Positions 37,590 through 50,700 of a stretch of DNA of 64,000 bases are shown here, one piece after another. Origin of the DNA: Scyliorhinus canicula (lineage: Eukaryota); NCBI RefSeq assembly GCF_902713615.1, contig NC_052172.1, positions 6,801,337 through 6,865,336 of the forward strand, read 5' to 3'. The translations under genes and the position numbers were made by a program. Within the stretch, counting starts at the first letter, position 1, and each line of letters begins with the position of its first letter. The notes under the pieces are model-generated. The model was not told the DNA's origin. It was given only the letters and a program-made list of their open reading frames with translations, and ran no database searches.

Positions 37590-38775
37590 GACCGTAATAT
37601 ACATGGACTTCAGTAAGGCATTTTATAAAGTTTCCCATGGCAAGTTGATGGAAAGAGAGAAGTCGTATGGGGTTCAGGGTGCACTAGCTAGATGGATAAA
37701 GAATTGGCTGGGCAACAGGAGACAGAGAGTAGTGGTGGAAGGGAGTGTCTCAAAATGGAGAAAGGTGACTTGTGGTGTTCCACAGGGATCTGTGCTCGGA
37801 CCACTGTTGTTTGTGATATACATAAATGATCTGGAGGAAGGTATAGGTGGTCAGCAAGTTTGCAGATGACACTAAAATTGGTGGAGTTGCAGATAGCGAG
37901 GAGGACTGTCAGAGAATACAGCAAAATATAGATAGATTGGAGCGTTGGGCAGAGAAATGGCAGATTGCGTTCAATCCAGGCAAATGCGAGGTGATGCATT
38001 TTGGAAGATCTAATTCAAGAGCGGACTATATGGTCAATGGAAGAGTCCTGGGGAAAATTGATGTACAGAGAGATCTGGGAGTTCAGGTCCATTGTACCCT
38101 GAAGGTGGCAACGCAGGTCGACAGAGTGGTCAAGAAGGCATACAGCATGCTTGCCTTCATCGGACGGGGTATTGAGTACAAGAGTAGGCAGGTCATGTTA
38201 GAGTTGTCTAGAACTTTGGTGAGGCCACATTTGGAATACTGCATGCAGTTCTGGTCGCCAGATTACCAGAAGGATGTGGATCCTACAGAGAGGGTGCAGA
38301 GGAGGTTCACCAGGATGTTGCCTGGTATGGAGGGTGCTAGCTATGAAGAAAGGTTGAGTAGATTAGGATTGTTTTCATTGGAAAGACGGAGATTGAGGGG
38401 GGACCTAATTGACGTCGACAAAAGTATGAGAGGTATGGACAGGGTGGATAGCAACAAGCTTTTTCCAAGATTGGGGGTGTCAATTACAAGGGGTCACGAT
38501 TTCAAGGTGAGAGGGGGAAAGTTTAAGGCAGATGTGCGTGGAAAGTGTTTTACGCAGAGGGTGGTGGGTGCGTGGAATGCTTTACAAGCGGAGGTGGGAG
38601 AGGTGGGAACGATAGCATCATTTAAGATGCATCTAGACAGATATATGAATGGGCGGGGAACAGAGGGAAGTAGATCCTTGGAAAAAAGACAGGTTTAGAC
38701 AAAGGATCTGGATCGGCGCAGGCTGGGAGGGCCGAAGGGCCTGTTCCTGTGCTGTAATTTTCTTTGTTCTTTGTC
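37590..38775 (+). mobile_element. CR1 RT 3' fragment nested in Harbinger
   Basis: [17 protein letters not shown], 283-aa ORF, tail. Confidence 0.9.
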
Positions 38776-39009
38776 CTTTGTATCCCTCCCACTGACCATT
38801 CTCCATTCTCCCGCAGGATCGTCACCCGCCGGTGCCGGCCCGTCCAGGGTGGTCCTTCCGCACTGTATCCCATGAGAACTCCCCGGAGGGGAGTGCCGAG
38901 AACACCACCTTATCCGAGTCACAGCTGTCACACCCCCTTCAACCAGCCAGAGACACAACTCGGTGGGAACTATCAGATGCTGAGCTTCTGGAGCACAGTT
39001 ACTCGGAGT

Positions 39010-39510
39010 TCATGCAAATGCTGAGGAGCGTCCATGATATTCAGATGGAGATGGAACGTTTAAGTTACGAAGAGATGTTGGATAGGCTTGGGTTGTTTTC
39101 ACTCGAGCAGAGAAGACAGAGGGGCGTCTTGATCGAGGTGTACAAGATTATAGGGGGCATGGACAGGGTGGATAGGGAACCGCTGTTCCCTTTAGTTGAA
39201 GGCTCAGTTACGAGGGGTCACAAGTTCAAGGTGAGGGGAGGGAGGTTTCGGGGGGAATTTGAAGAGAAACCTTATTACGCAGAGGGTGGTGACAGTGTGG
39301 AATGCACTACCTGGGAGGTGGTAGAGGCGGGTTGCCTCAGACCCCTTAAAAAGTACCTTGGATGAGACTTGGCACGTCATAACATTCAAGGCTATGGGCC
39401 AAGTGCTGGCAAATAGGATTAGGTAGGGAGGTCAGGGTTTATTTATGCGTTGGTGCAGACTCGATGGGCCGAAGGGCCTCTTCCGTACTGTAGTATTCTG
39501 TGATTCTGAT
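39010..39510 (+). mobile_element. CR1 3' fragment nested in Harbinger
   Basis: LDRLGLFSLEQRR peptide and tail. Confidence 0.8.
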
Positions 39511-40290
39511 GTCAGCGACACTCAAGCAGGTCAATATCTGATTGCAGGAGCCCAGCTGCAATGGCAGCAGGAGATGGCACCGGCAATGCGTGGCCAACGT
39601 TGCTAGGGTGGCAACTGCAATGGAGAACCTCGTGGACGATATCAGCAGCATGAGTGGAGGTGCGAAAGGCATGGCTCGGCTCAGTCAATGACAGCAATAG
39701 CTGTGCTCTTCGACAGTGTGACCAAGTCGCTGGAGAACGTGACCCAGTACCAGAACTTGATGAGGCAGTGCAGATCATGTCCCATTCAAGGGTGGGATGT
39801 CAAGGATGTTGACAGCATGCTGCAGCCATTGGTGAGCGGCCAGGCCTCCAGGGGCAACTGAGTTTAACCCAGCTGGCGTTCCATCCCGAGGTGAATCCAG
39901 GGCCTTGGGGGCTGGGGCGGGGGGGGGGGGGCTGGGTGACAACCCCGAGCCACCCGATGGAGTGGTGGCAATGCCCTCCCCCTCACCCTGAACCCACCCC
40001 ACTGTCAACGGCATATCTCAGAGTCAGCACCGGGAACCGGGCGGGAAGGGGGGGGGGGGGCTTGTGCCACCAGCAAGTGCCCTCTGACCCAGGTTCCCCA
40101 GAGGAAGTTATCAGGGGCATCCAACGTCACAGGCTGCCTCGAGCTCTGATGTGCATCCTGGGGGCACACCTAGACACATTGGTGGAAAGACAGACAAGGC
40201 CATTGTGTTGATGTGCATCACTGTAAATACACAAGGGATTATTGTAAATTCATGGAGAGTAGCTAGACACGAGAGGGAGCACCAGAGACA

Positions 40291-40321
<31 letters not shown>

Positions 40322-43049
40322 TCCAATACATCAGTTAGATGGAACACGACCAATGGGCATTCACGATACACACAGAGGTGACACGACCACAGGAGGGCAT
40401 TACACCAACCCATATATAAAGGATACCACACACATGATCTGCCTCTTTCCAGTGGGGACAGTCAGTGAGTAGAGACACAGGGTTGATTTGATATCACACC
40501 CACCACGTGGATTGTAGCAGTCTGATTAGTCAGTCTGAGTAGCTATAGTAGGATTAACAGTAGTGTTGAACCCGTTATAGAAGTGTATATAATTTAATAA
40601 ACGTGTTGAAGTTATCTCCACGTCTGATCCTTCCTTTGTCAAGTGCACCACAAGGAAGCTGCTTATGCTACACCTAGAGCATAACAAGACAGCCATGTCC
40701 AATGTGATGCAGGCAAGGATAACGGCCTCGCTGGACCTCTGTTCTTGCCGGACCCTCATCACTGCCGCCTGCCATTTATCCTCCAGACGGTCCTCAGGAT
40801 CCTCCGTGGGCTCATCCTCCAGACACTCCTGGTGCGGCGCCTCCCCATCCTTGTCATCATCCTCCCCCACCTCCTCATCCTCCTGGTCCTTGGAGGCCAC
40901 ATGTGCCACCCCGTCCACCTCCAGCACATCGTATCACAGCTGTGCCAGGTTGTGGAGTGCACAGCAGACCATCACAAAGTGGGTCATCTTCTGGGGGCTG
41001 TACTGCAATGCCCGATCTGAGCAGCCAAGACTTGAGGAGTCCGACGCATGCTCAGTGACAGCGCAGGTGGCTGCATGGGCCTCGTTGTATGGGGTCGCCG
41101 CATTGGTCACCGGCCTCTGTACCAGCGTCATTGGCCACGTCCTCAGCGGGCATCCCTAATTCCCCAAGAGCCAGCCGGTCATCCTGGGGTGGTTTTTGAA
41201 GGGACCGGGGTTGTCTAACTGCCGCAGGATGTAGCTGTCATGCACATTCCAAGTGGTGCAAAGTCCACAAGTGCGTGGCATAGATGCTGCACCGTCCCTT
41301 TGTTGAGGTGGAGCTTCCTGTGGCACATGCTGTCCATCACCTGTTCGAAAGACCAGCAGGTATGATAGTGAGATTTAAGGGGTGTATTGACAAATGGATG
41401 GGAATAGAGGGATGCGGACCCCAGAAGTGTAGTAGGTTTTAGGTTAGACGGGCAGCATGGTTGGCGCAGGCTTGCAGGGCTGGAGGGCCTGTTCCTGTTC
41501 CTGTTTCTTTATCCTGGTGTTGTAGGACCTTTCTTTGTTCTTTGATGCCTGTACACGTTGGATCATTGCCGGCTTCCCCCTCTGGGTCCCTCACTGGCCT
41601 GATGGATGGTCAGGTCCTCAGGGAGTGGGGAGGGGTCCTGTACATGGGCCTCCGCCTCGAGCCTCTGTCAGCACTGCTGTGACTACCTTCTCCGGTGTCT
41701 GGCCTCCTGTACTGCCAGCAGACCGACGAGGGAAGCTGCCTCGGGTACCAAGATATCATTCATTCAAGGTAATATCTGTAAGGGATGGGAGAGTGTGAGA
41801 GACTGACAACCAACAGCGTTTTCCACCTTGGGACCATCCATTCCTCCATTGCTCCCTCCCCCCAACTCCCTGCCATCTGACATGCCCTGCCCACGCACCC
41901 CCGGGCACAGCAGGGGCCGCTGCTCACCGGACCCCTGACCCTTTACCCCAGACACCCACATGTAACGTTACCTGGTGCGGGCACTGGTTCCCTCCCTGGT
42001 GCACACACCCTCCCTCTGGTCACGGAAATGTCCCCGGTGCCAGGGCCCTGCCTCTGGGTGATTGGATGTTGGCCCCTGCACCCAGGGTGTTGCCTGCCAC
42101 AGTGCCCAGGCCTCACAGTCTGAATGGGTTGCTTGGCAAGAGCCCCCACTGTTACATGGCACACTTACCCATGGGAATCCACTTGGGTTGTGCTAAGTGC
42201 TCCCTTCACTCTGATGTCCAATTCCCAAATAACAATCGACTTCAGCCGCCCGGCCTGAGGCCTCCCCGGTCAACGGGGGCTATCGGTGGGGCAGGTGGGC
42301 TGCACCCGGAATGGGACCACACGGTCCTGGGGTTGACATGGCGGACCCACAGACACTGAGGCACTCATCTCCCCCCTCCGCTCCCCCCCCTCCCGGCCAT
42401 GGGTGGCCACCCCCCCTGCATAACACCCCCAACCCCTCCCCCCACCCAAAACACAACCACACCCACCCTCCAGTCCTGGTCATGGACAGCCACCCCCCCC
42501 CCCTACACAACACCCTAACCCCCATCCACACATCCCACCCCCCACCATGGGAGCTCCCCTCTCTCCGATCACCGGGACACCAGCTCCAGTCCCCCCGGGC
42601 CCTGTGCCTGTGGGTGAAGATGGCTACCCACCTCCTCGGATCCCAGCTGCAGCCCTATAGCCAGCTTCCGTTTAAAAAAAGGAGTACTAACTGGCACCCA
42701 TGTGACGACTTGCTGGGGAGGCGGTTAGATCACGGAAGGCGGTTAGATAGGGGTCGCTCCCGTTTATTAGATGGAGATTGGGCTAAGTGGTGATTATTGG
42801 TTTCTCACCGCGCTCCGGCAGAATCCTGATTTCACCAACAGGAGCGGACCGGTTACATCGCAAATGCATTGGCGCCGGGCGTGGGTCTCATTTTTGGTCT
42901 CTGCGATTTAATGGCCCGATTGCACTCTCGCTTAAGTGCAACATGGCTGCAGAATCGCACCTGAAATGCAACTTGATAGCGGTGGGGAACTCGTTGGCAG
43001 AATTAACTGGAAACTCCCCACAAAACCAACCACAAATGTTCCTTTTTTT

Positions 43050-43335
43050 AGAATCATAGAATCCCAACAGTACAGGAGGAGGCCATTTGGCCCATTGAGT
43101 CTGCACCGACCCACTGAAAGAGCCTTTCACCCAAACTCACTTCCCTGCCCTACCCCAGAACCCATTAACCTAACCGACACATCTTTGGACTGTTGCAGGA
43201 AACCTGAGCACCCGGAGGAAACCCACACAGACACGGGGAGAACGTGAAAACACACAGTCACCTGAGGCTGGAATTGAACCCAGGTCCTTGGTATTGTAAG
43301 GCAGCAGTGCTAACCACTGTGCCACCGTGCCGCCC
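43050..43335 (-). mobile_element. HE1/V-SINE-type SINE
   Basis: Reverse-complement head/core/tail. Confidence 0.85.
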
Positions 43336-43988
43336 CTTCCAATTTTTACATTTATATTCCACCCTCTGTCTGTATTGTTGTGAATCTTTTTCTCTCTGTG
43401 CCTCTGTTGTCATGTGTGTCTAACTTTCTCTGCATGCTTGTGTGTGTCCCTCTCTGTCTCTCTAATCTCTGTCTGCCTCTCTGTCTCTAATGTATCTCTT
43501 GCTGCTCCTTTCTCACTGTGTCTAAATCTCTCTCTGTGTCTTTCCGCACCTCTCTCTCTTTATGGCTCTCTCATGTATACATCTGACGCACTCCCTCTTT
43601 CTGCTTGCCTCTGTGTCTCTCTCTCTCTTTCTCCGTGTCTCTCTCTTTCTCTCTCACTGTGTGTGCCTCCCTCTCTCTCTCTCTCTTTGAGCCTCATTTT
43701 GTTACCCGTTCAACCTCTTTCTTCATTTGATCCTTTAATAAATAAAAACACTCACACAGAGGAACGTGTTGTTATTATTTTAGACGAGGAGACTGCTCAT
43801 TTCCATTAAGTGCACACATGGGATAGTGAGGGAAAGAAATAAAAACGTCTTGATGAGAGGAAGTGGGGGGGGGGGGGGGAACAGAGTGAGAAAGGGGAGA
43901 GAATGAGGGAAATAGCGCAGTGAAGGAAAACAGAGATAAGTTCACAATGACATGTTATTGTGATTGATACCACAATGTGTGAATATGC

Positions 43989-44776
43989 TTATGCGAGCAC
44001 CTCCTCACCCTCCTCATTCTCGTGTTCCTTCATGGTGTTCTCAATCCAGTCCAGATAGTTCCCTACATGGGTGTACACCCCATAATGGCCACACTGCGGC
44101 GGACCAAACGATACAATGCCCCTGACAATGTGACGACTGCGGTCGCGACGGTCCCGGAAGACGTATGGGCCCCCACTGTCCCCACGGCAGGAATCCACGC
44201 CCTGTCGTCCAGCGCAGATCATGTTTGGGGTGAAAATGGGCTTCTTTCCCTGGAAGTCGGAATTCTCACACTCATCCATGCTGACGACGGGAACCTCGGC
44301 AAACTGCAGAAAGATCGCAAGGCTCCTATTTTCTGTCGTACCCCAGCCTGAAATGTAACCCAATGTACCGAAATCTGGCAGAGACACATCTCCTCGTTCA
44401 GGCAGGCAAAGGGGGGACAGATTGGGTCCCAGTTTCACCTCTTCCTGGAGCTTGATCAATGCAATGTCGTGATTGAAGTTGGGTTGCCCGTGCTTGACCT
44501 GCTTGAATTTGGGGTGGATGAAGACCTGTTCCACGGGGAACATGTTCTTTGGTGATCTGTCTCTTAGATTAATAAATCCACCGTAAATTTCCACCTGGTC
44601 CTTTTTATCAAAAACATGAGCGGCTGTCAACACCCACCTGTCGGAGATCAGGGCTCCTCCACCCATCTGATTGCCGCTGGCGAGCAGACGTACCTGCCAG
44701 GGGAATTCACCTAGTTTTGCCCTCTTGCCACCAAAGATGCGTCCGGCATCGGAGGAGAGGAGACAGTTCCCGCAGA
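43989..44776 (-). CDS. C1S: C1s-like last exon: activation linker and whole serine protease domain
   Basis: VCGNCLLSDAGR|IFGG..FPWQV..GGGALISDRWVLTAAHV..DIAL..GDSGGP; triad His/Asp/Ser intact, S1 Asp in DSC; TAA at 43989-43991. Confidence 0.93.
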
Positions 44777-47700
44777 CTGGGGAGAGATGATAGAATCAAA
44801 GGAATTGAAAAGCTCTTGGATCACTGCCCAAACACCAGGATTTGAGAGACTGCACACAATGGGATGGTGTCACTCCAACAGATAAGCAAAAGTCACCATG
44901 GTCCCAGATGACCATAGTCTGCTTTCCCCTTTGAGGGGGGAGAGCAGACTGGTGGTGATTTAACCTGAGGGTCACCACACCTCAAGCGAGGGACAAAGTC
45001 GAGAGGGAAGGGCCTGCGTGAATAACCTCAGGCCATATGGGGAATTGAACCCACACTGTTGGCCTCACTCTGCATCACAAACCAGCTGTCCAGCCAACAA
45101 GACTAAACCAGCCACCTTGCCAACAACCCCACTACACATCCTGCTCAGAGGGCATTGATTATTATTGTCACAAGTAGGCTTACATTAACACTGCAATGAA
45201 GTTACTGTGAAAAGCCCCTGGTCGCCACACTCTGGTGCCTGTTCGGTACACAGAGGGAGAATTCAGAATGTCCAATTCACCTAACAAGCATGTCTTTTGG
45301 GATTTGTAGGAGGAAACCGGAGCACGTGGAAGAAACCTACGCCAGACACGGGGAGAACGTACAGACTCCGCACAGACAGTGACTCAAGCCGGGAATCAAA
45401 CCCAGGACCTGGTGCTGTGAGGTAACAGCGCTAACACTGTGCCACCACCAACATGCCGCCCATTGTGTTGATATGGAACCAAAGAACATTAATATTATTG
45501 CTCATTTTGGGCACCTGCATGTGAAATTATTATGTGGGCACAGTTTAGCTCACTTGGCTAGACAGCTGGTTTGCAATGCAGAGCAAGGGGTTGTTTAGCA
45601 GGGGCTGTTTAGCACAGGGCCCAATCGCTGGCTTTGAAAGCAGACCAAGGCAGGTCAGCAGCACGATTCAATTCCCGTACCAGCCTCCCCGAACAGGCGC
45701 CGGTATGTGGAGACTAGATTTTCCACAGTAACTTCATTTGAAGCCTACTTGTGACAATAAGCAATATTCAATTCATTTTATTTCAAGGCCTGGGCAGCAC
45801 GGTAGCATTGTGGATAGCACAATTGCTTCACAGCTCCTGGGACCCAGGTTCGATTCTGGCTTGGGTCACTGTCTGTGCGGAGTCTGCACATCCTCCCCGT
45901 GTGTGCGTGGGTTTCCTCCGGGTGCTCCGGTTTCCTCCCACAGTCCAAAGATGTGCAGGTTAGGTGGATTGGCCATGATAAATTGCCCTTAGTGTCCAAA
46001 ATTGCCCTTAGTGTTGGGTGGGGTTGCTGGGTGATGGGGAAAGGTTGGAGGTGTTGACCTTGGGTAGGGTGCTCTTTCCAAGAGTCGGTGCAGACTCGAT
46101 GGGCCGAATGGTCTCCTTCTGCACTAAATTCTATGAAAGGGTAAAGCAGCCTCTGGCCACCTGGGACTATGGTGACATTACTTCATGTCAGATAATTGGT
46201 GACCAGGACAGTGACTGATAATCTGTTTTAAAGTTGCTGGTTAATTCTGCCATTCTGTGCACTGCACTTCCAGAAGGTGAAGCTAGAAATAGCAGTGGGA
46301 GCAAAGCAGATTCAGGTCAATACTGGTGCTCAGAAGGAAATTGGAGAAATATTGAATAGGAGCAATAACTTACAGGGCTATGGGGAAAGAAGAGAGGAGA
46401 ACGATATTTATTGGTTAATTCGGCCAAAAAGCCAGCAGAGGGGCAATGGAGGGAATGGCCTCCTGTGAGTCAGCCAATGATTTTGTGCTACTTTTCTGCT
46501 CATTACATTCCTGTAAATATTTACCTGGTTTGCACTTTGGAAGGGTCTCCTGTCCACTCGCGACATCCACCCATTCAGCATTATGCGAGCAGTTAAAAAT
46601 AGCTGGTGGGGAAAATACATAAAGGGAGAGAGATATCAGATGGAGAGAGACATGTACAGCCACACCTTTATCCCAGCCATAATGCAGCTGATTGAGTCAC
46701 TTACCCTTGTCATTCGTGGCTGAACTTGATTTACCTGCACATCATTTTGGTCATGGGAATGTCCCTTTAAGAAATGTGTTCTCTCATCACATGGCAGCAG
46801 TGATGTCATTGTGTGGGTGGAGCTGGGCTGTGGCACTGGGTTGTTAGTTTTGTTTTTGAGCTGGAAGCTGTTGTGTGGCTCTGAGTTTACCTACGGTTCA
46901 GACTTTTGGTTGCTGTATTCAGACGACAAGGATCTTAGTGTCTCTCTCTCTGTCTGCATGTTAAAAGGTGTCCAGGTCACTTGATATTTTAAAACTGATA
47001 AGTTTTTTCTCCAAAGAATTCAAACCTACTGTTTTGGGTAAAACGTTTTTGTCTGGTTTGGATGTTGTTACTTGAGTGGAACAGTAAAAGGAAGTTATTA
47101 AGAGTTAAATATAGAGTACTGTGTTGGGTATTTAAGTTTGTAATTGATAAAAATGCTTATTGTGTGCGTTTATAAAATGTTAACTGAATTCGTAGAATAA
47201 ACTTTGTTTTGTTTGAAAGTGTTTAAGGCCTCTGTTGAATAACACCTGAAAAGTAGGCCCTTATGCTCGTCCTCGCCAAAATCTCTAAACAGTTGTTCAC
47301 CAGGTGAACTCCATGATATACTTTGGTGTTCTCTAAACCCTGGCCCATAACAATTTATATTTTTTAACAATCCTCCACCCACTGCAATGATGTTGTCCAC
47401 ATGCCCCTGATCCTCTTGGGAGACATTGCTGCAGTTCCAGTCATATACTGTGCAGTGATATCATGGTTGCGTTGTAATTCACTGACTGACCACTAGGAGT
47501 CTCATTAGTATATGAGTAAATGTTAGAGTCTGGTGACCTCAGACTGACTAGGGAGCCGGGAGAGAGGATGCTTGTGCATAATCATACTATTAATCATCTG
47601 TTGTTTGTTTCTATTTGACCCACAGTTAATGTTAATTATTTGTTTATAGCTTCAGTTGAAAGTGTTCTTGTAATATAAATCAGATCATCCGACAAGAACA

Positions 47701-50700
47701 TTACAATCGGTTTGCTGTAGTTCAGAGAGTCTCATTGCAGTGATGGGCAACTTGGCTGGTGAGTGGGCCACATAAGTGGCCCTCCTTCATCTCAATAGGT
47801 TGCAAGGTTGAAATTGGGCATAGAACCACATCAAGTCTGCGCCGATCACTGAAAGAGCGCTGGACCCACGTCCACATCCCCCGTCTACCATACCTTATTC
47901 CCGTAACCTAACCTGTACATCAATGAACTCGAAGGGGGAATTTATCATGGCTAATCCAACTAACCTGCACACCTTTGAACTGTGGGAGGAAACGGGATAT
48001 TCTGGAGGAAACCCATGCAGACACGGGGAGAACGTGCAGATTCCGCACAGAGTGTCACTCAAGGCCGGAATCGAACCCCGGTTTCTGGCACTATCAGACA
48101 GCAGTGCTAATCCGTGTCCCTGGCACTGTGAGACAGCAGTGCTAACCCGGGTCTCTGACACTGTGAGACAGCAGTGTTAACCCAGGTCCCTGATGCTGTG
48201 AGACAGCAGTGTTAACCCAGATCCCTGGCACAATGAGACAGCAGTGTTAACCCGGGTCCCTGGCACTGTGAGAAAGCAGTGTTAACCCAGGTCCCTGGCA
48301 CTGTGAGACAGCAGTGGTAACCCGAGTCCCTGGCACTGTGAGGCAGCAGTGTTAACCCGGGTCCCTGGCACTGTGAGACAGCAGTGCTAACCAGGTCACT
48401 GGCACAGTGAGACCGCAGTGTTAACCTGGGTCCCTGGCGCTGTGAGACAGCAGTGTTAACCCGTGTCACTGGTACTGTGAGACAGCAGTGCTAACCCGGG
48501 ACCATAGCACTGTGAGACAGCAGTGTTAACCCGGGTCCCTGGCGCTGTGAGACAGCAGTGTTAACCCGGGTCACTGGTACTGTGAGACAGCAGTGCTAAC
48601 CCCGGTCCCTAGCACTGTGAGACAGCAGTGTTAACCCGGGTCACTGGTACTGTGAGACAGCAGTGCTAACCCGGGTCCCTAGCACTGTGAGACAGCAGTG
48701 TTAAGTCGGTCCCTGGCATTGTGAGACAGCAGTGCTAACCCGGGTCCCTGGCACTGTGAGAGAGCAGTGCTAACCCGGGTCCCTAGCACTGTGAGACAGC
48801 AGTGTTAAGTCGGTCCCTGGCATTGTGAGACAGCAGTGCTAACCCGGGTCCCTGGCGCTGTGAGGCAGCAGTGCTAACCCGGGTACCTGGCACTGTGAGA
48901 CAGCAGTGCTAACCTGGGTCCCTGGCACTGTGAGGCAGCAGTGTTAACCCGAATCCCTGGGACTGTGAGGCAGCAGTGTTAACCCGGGTCCCTGGCACTC
49001 TGAGACAGCAGTGTTAACCGGGGTCACTGGCACTGTGAGGCAGCAGTGTTAACCCGGGTCCCTAGTACTGTGAGGCAGCAGTGTTAACCCGGGTCACTGG
49101 CACTGTGAGGCAGCCGTGTTAACCCAGGTCCCTAGCACTGTGAGGCAGCAGTGCTAACCCGGGTCCCTGGCACTGTGAGACAGCAGTGCTAACCCGGGTC
49201 CCTGTCACTGTGAGACAGCAGTGTTAACCCGGGTCCCTGGCTCTGTGAGGCAGCAGTGTTAACCCGGGTCCCTGGCACTGTGAGACAGCAGTGTTAACCC
49301 AGGTCCCTGGCACTGTGAGACAGCAGTGTTAACCCGGGTCCCTGGCACTGTGAGACAGCAGTGTGAACCCGGGTCCCTGGCTCTGTGAGACAGCAGTGTG
49401 AACCCGGGTCCCTGGCTCTGTGAGACAGCAGTGTTAACCCGCGTCCCTGGCTCTGTGAGACAGCAGTGTGAACCTGGGTCCCTGGCACTGTGAGACAGCA
49501 GTGCTAACCCGGGTCCCTGGCTCTGTGAGACAGCAGTGCTAACCCGGGTCCCGGGCACTGTGAGGCAGCAGTGTTAACCCGGGTCCCTGGCTCTGTGAGA
49601 CAGCAGTGTGAACCCGGGTCCCTGGCACAGTGAGACAGCAGTGTTAACCCGGGTCCCTGGCACTGTGAGACAGCAGTGTGAACCTGGGTCCCTGGCACTG
49701 TGAGACAGCAGTGTTAACCCGGGTCCCTGGCACTGTGAGACAGCAGTGTTAACCCGGGTCCCTGGCTCTGTGAGGCAGCAGTGCTAACCCGGGTCCCTGG
49801 CACTGTGAGGCAGCAGTGTGCTCACCACGGTGCTGCCATGATTATTAACTATGACCCTTGAATATGGATGAATACATTTAATACATGGCGAATATTTTAT
49901 GTTGCAGAAAAAGTCTGTCATCATCGTCAAGTGATTTTAAAATAAGTGTGGTAAGGTGGTCAGCGGTTTGCACTGGTGTATCACAGCGACCGGTTTTGAT
50001 CCCAGCTCTGGGTTACTGTCTGTGTGGAGTTTGCACATTCTCCCTGTGCCTGTGTGGGCCTCACCCCAACAAGCCAAAGATGTGCAGGGTAGATGGATTG
50101 GCGACGCTAAATTGCCCCTTAATTGGAATAAAAAATTGGGTAATTTATTTTTAAAAAGTGGTTAAAACAAAACAAATATTTACTCTTGATTGGAAGCAGA
50201 GGGAGCGCACGGCACTCCCAGCTAATGCTGTGAGCAATCAGCACGCACCTCGCTTCATTCATTTACATGCAAATTTATTCAGTCATAGAATCAGAGAATT
50301 TACAGTGCAGAAGGAGACCATTCAGCCCATCAAGTCTGCAGCGGCCCTAAGAAAGAGAACCCTACCCAAGCCCACACCTCCACCCTACCCCCCGTAACCC
50401 AGCCCAACCCTTTTGGAGACTACGGGTCAATTTAGCGTGGCCAATCCACCTGTCCTGCATATCTTTGGACTGTGGGAGGAAACCGGAGACCCAGAGGAAA
50501 CCCACGCAGACACGGGGAGAATGTGAAGACTTCCCACAGACAGTGACCCAAGCCGGGAATCGAACCTAGGACCCTGGAGCTGTGAAGCAACTGTGCTAAC
50601 CACTGTGCTACCATGCTGCCCAGTCATACCGGCAGGATAGACACCAGTGGAACGTGGCAACAGTCAAGAAAATCTCCTGTGGGCCCCATTCAGATTCCTG

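Larger units (their letters stand above)
35793..43018. mobile_element. Decayed PIF/Harbinger DNA transposon with long terminal inverted repeats
   Basis: 35793-36390 (minus a SINE) is the reverse complement of about 42700-43018. Plus strand has Myb/SANT-like remnants (HCRKKVNHL, EKLAHNRRER); minus strand 40680-41260 has transposase remnants (HDSYIL, YNEAH, LQYSP, CCALHN). Confidence 0.75.

Noticed and set aside
40526-40927. Acidic 133-aa ORF
   Set aside because: Alternative frame or C-terminal remnant of the Harbinger transposase, not a host gene.
43989-44776. Protease as trypsinogen, haptoglobin or MASP1
   Set aside because: Single exon, AGY Ser, no His-loop Cys and upstream CCPs exclude trypsinogen and MASP1; intact triad excludes haptoglobin. 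C1r or MASP2 not fully excluded.
48082-49818. Array as CRISPR or as true RSS/D-segment array
   Set aside because: No unique spacers, eukaryotic SINE origin, no nonamer at 12 or 23 bp.
50267-50274. Octamer ATGCAAAT in C1s intron
   Set aside because: One 8-mer is expected by chance at this window size; no supporting context.
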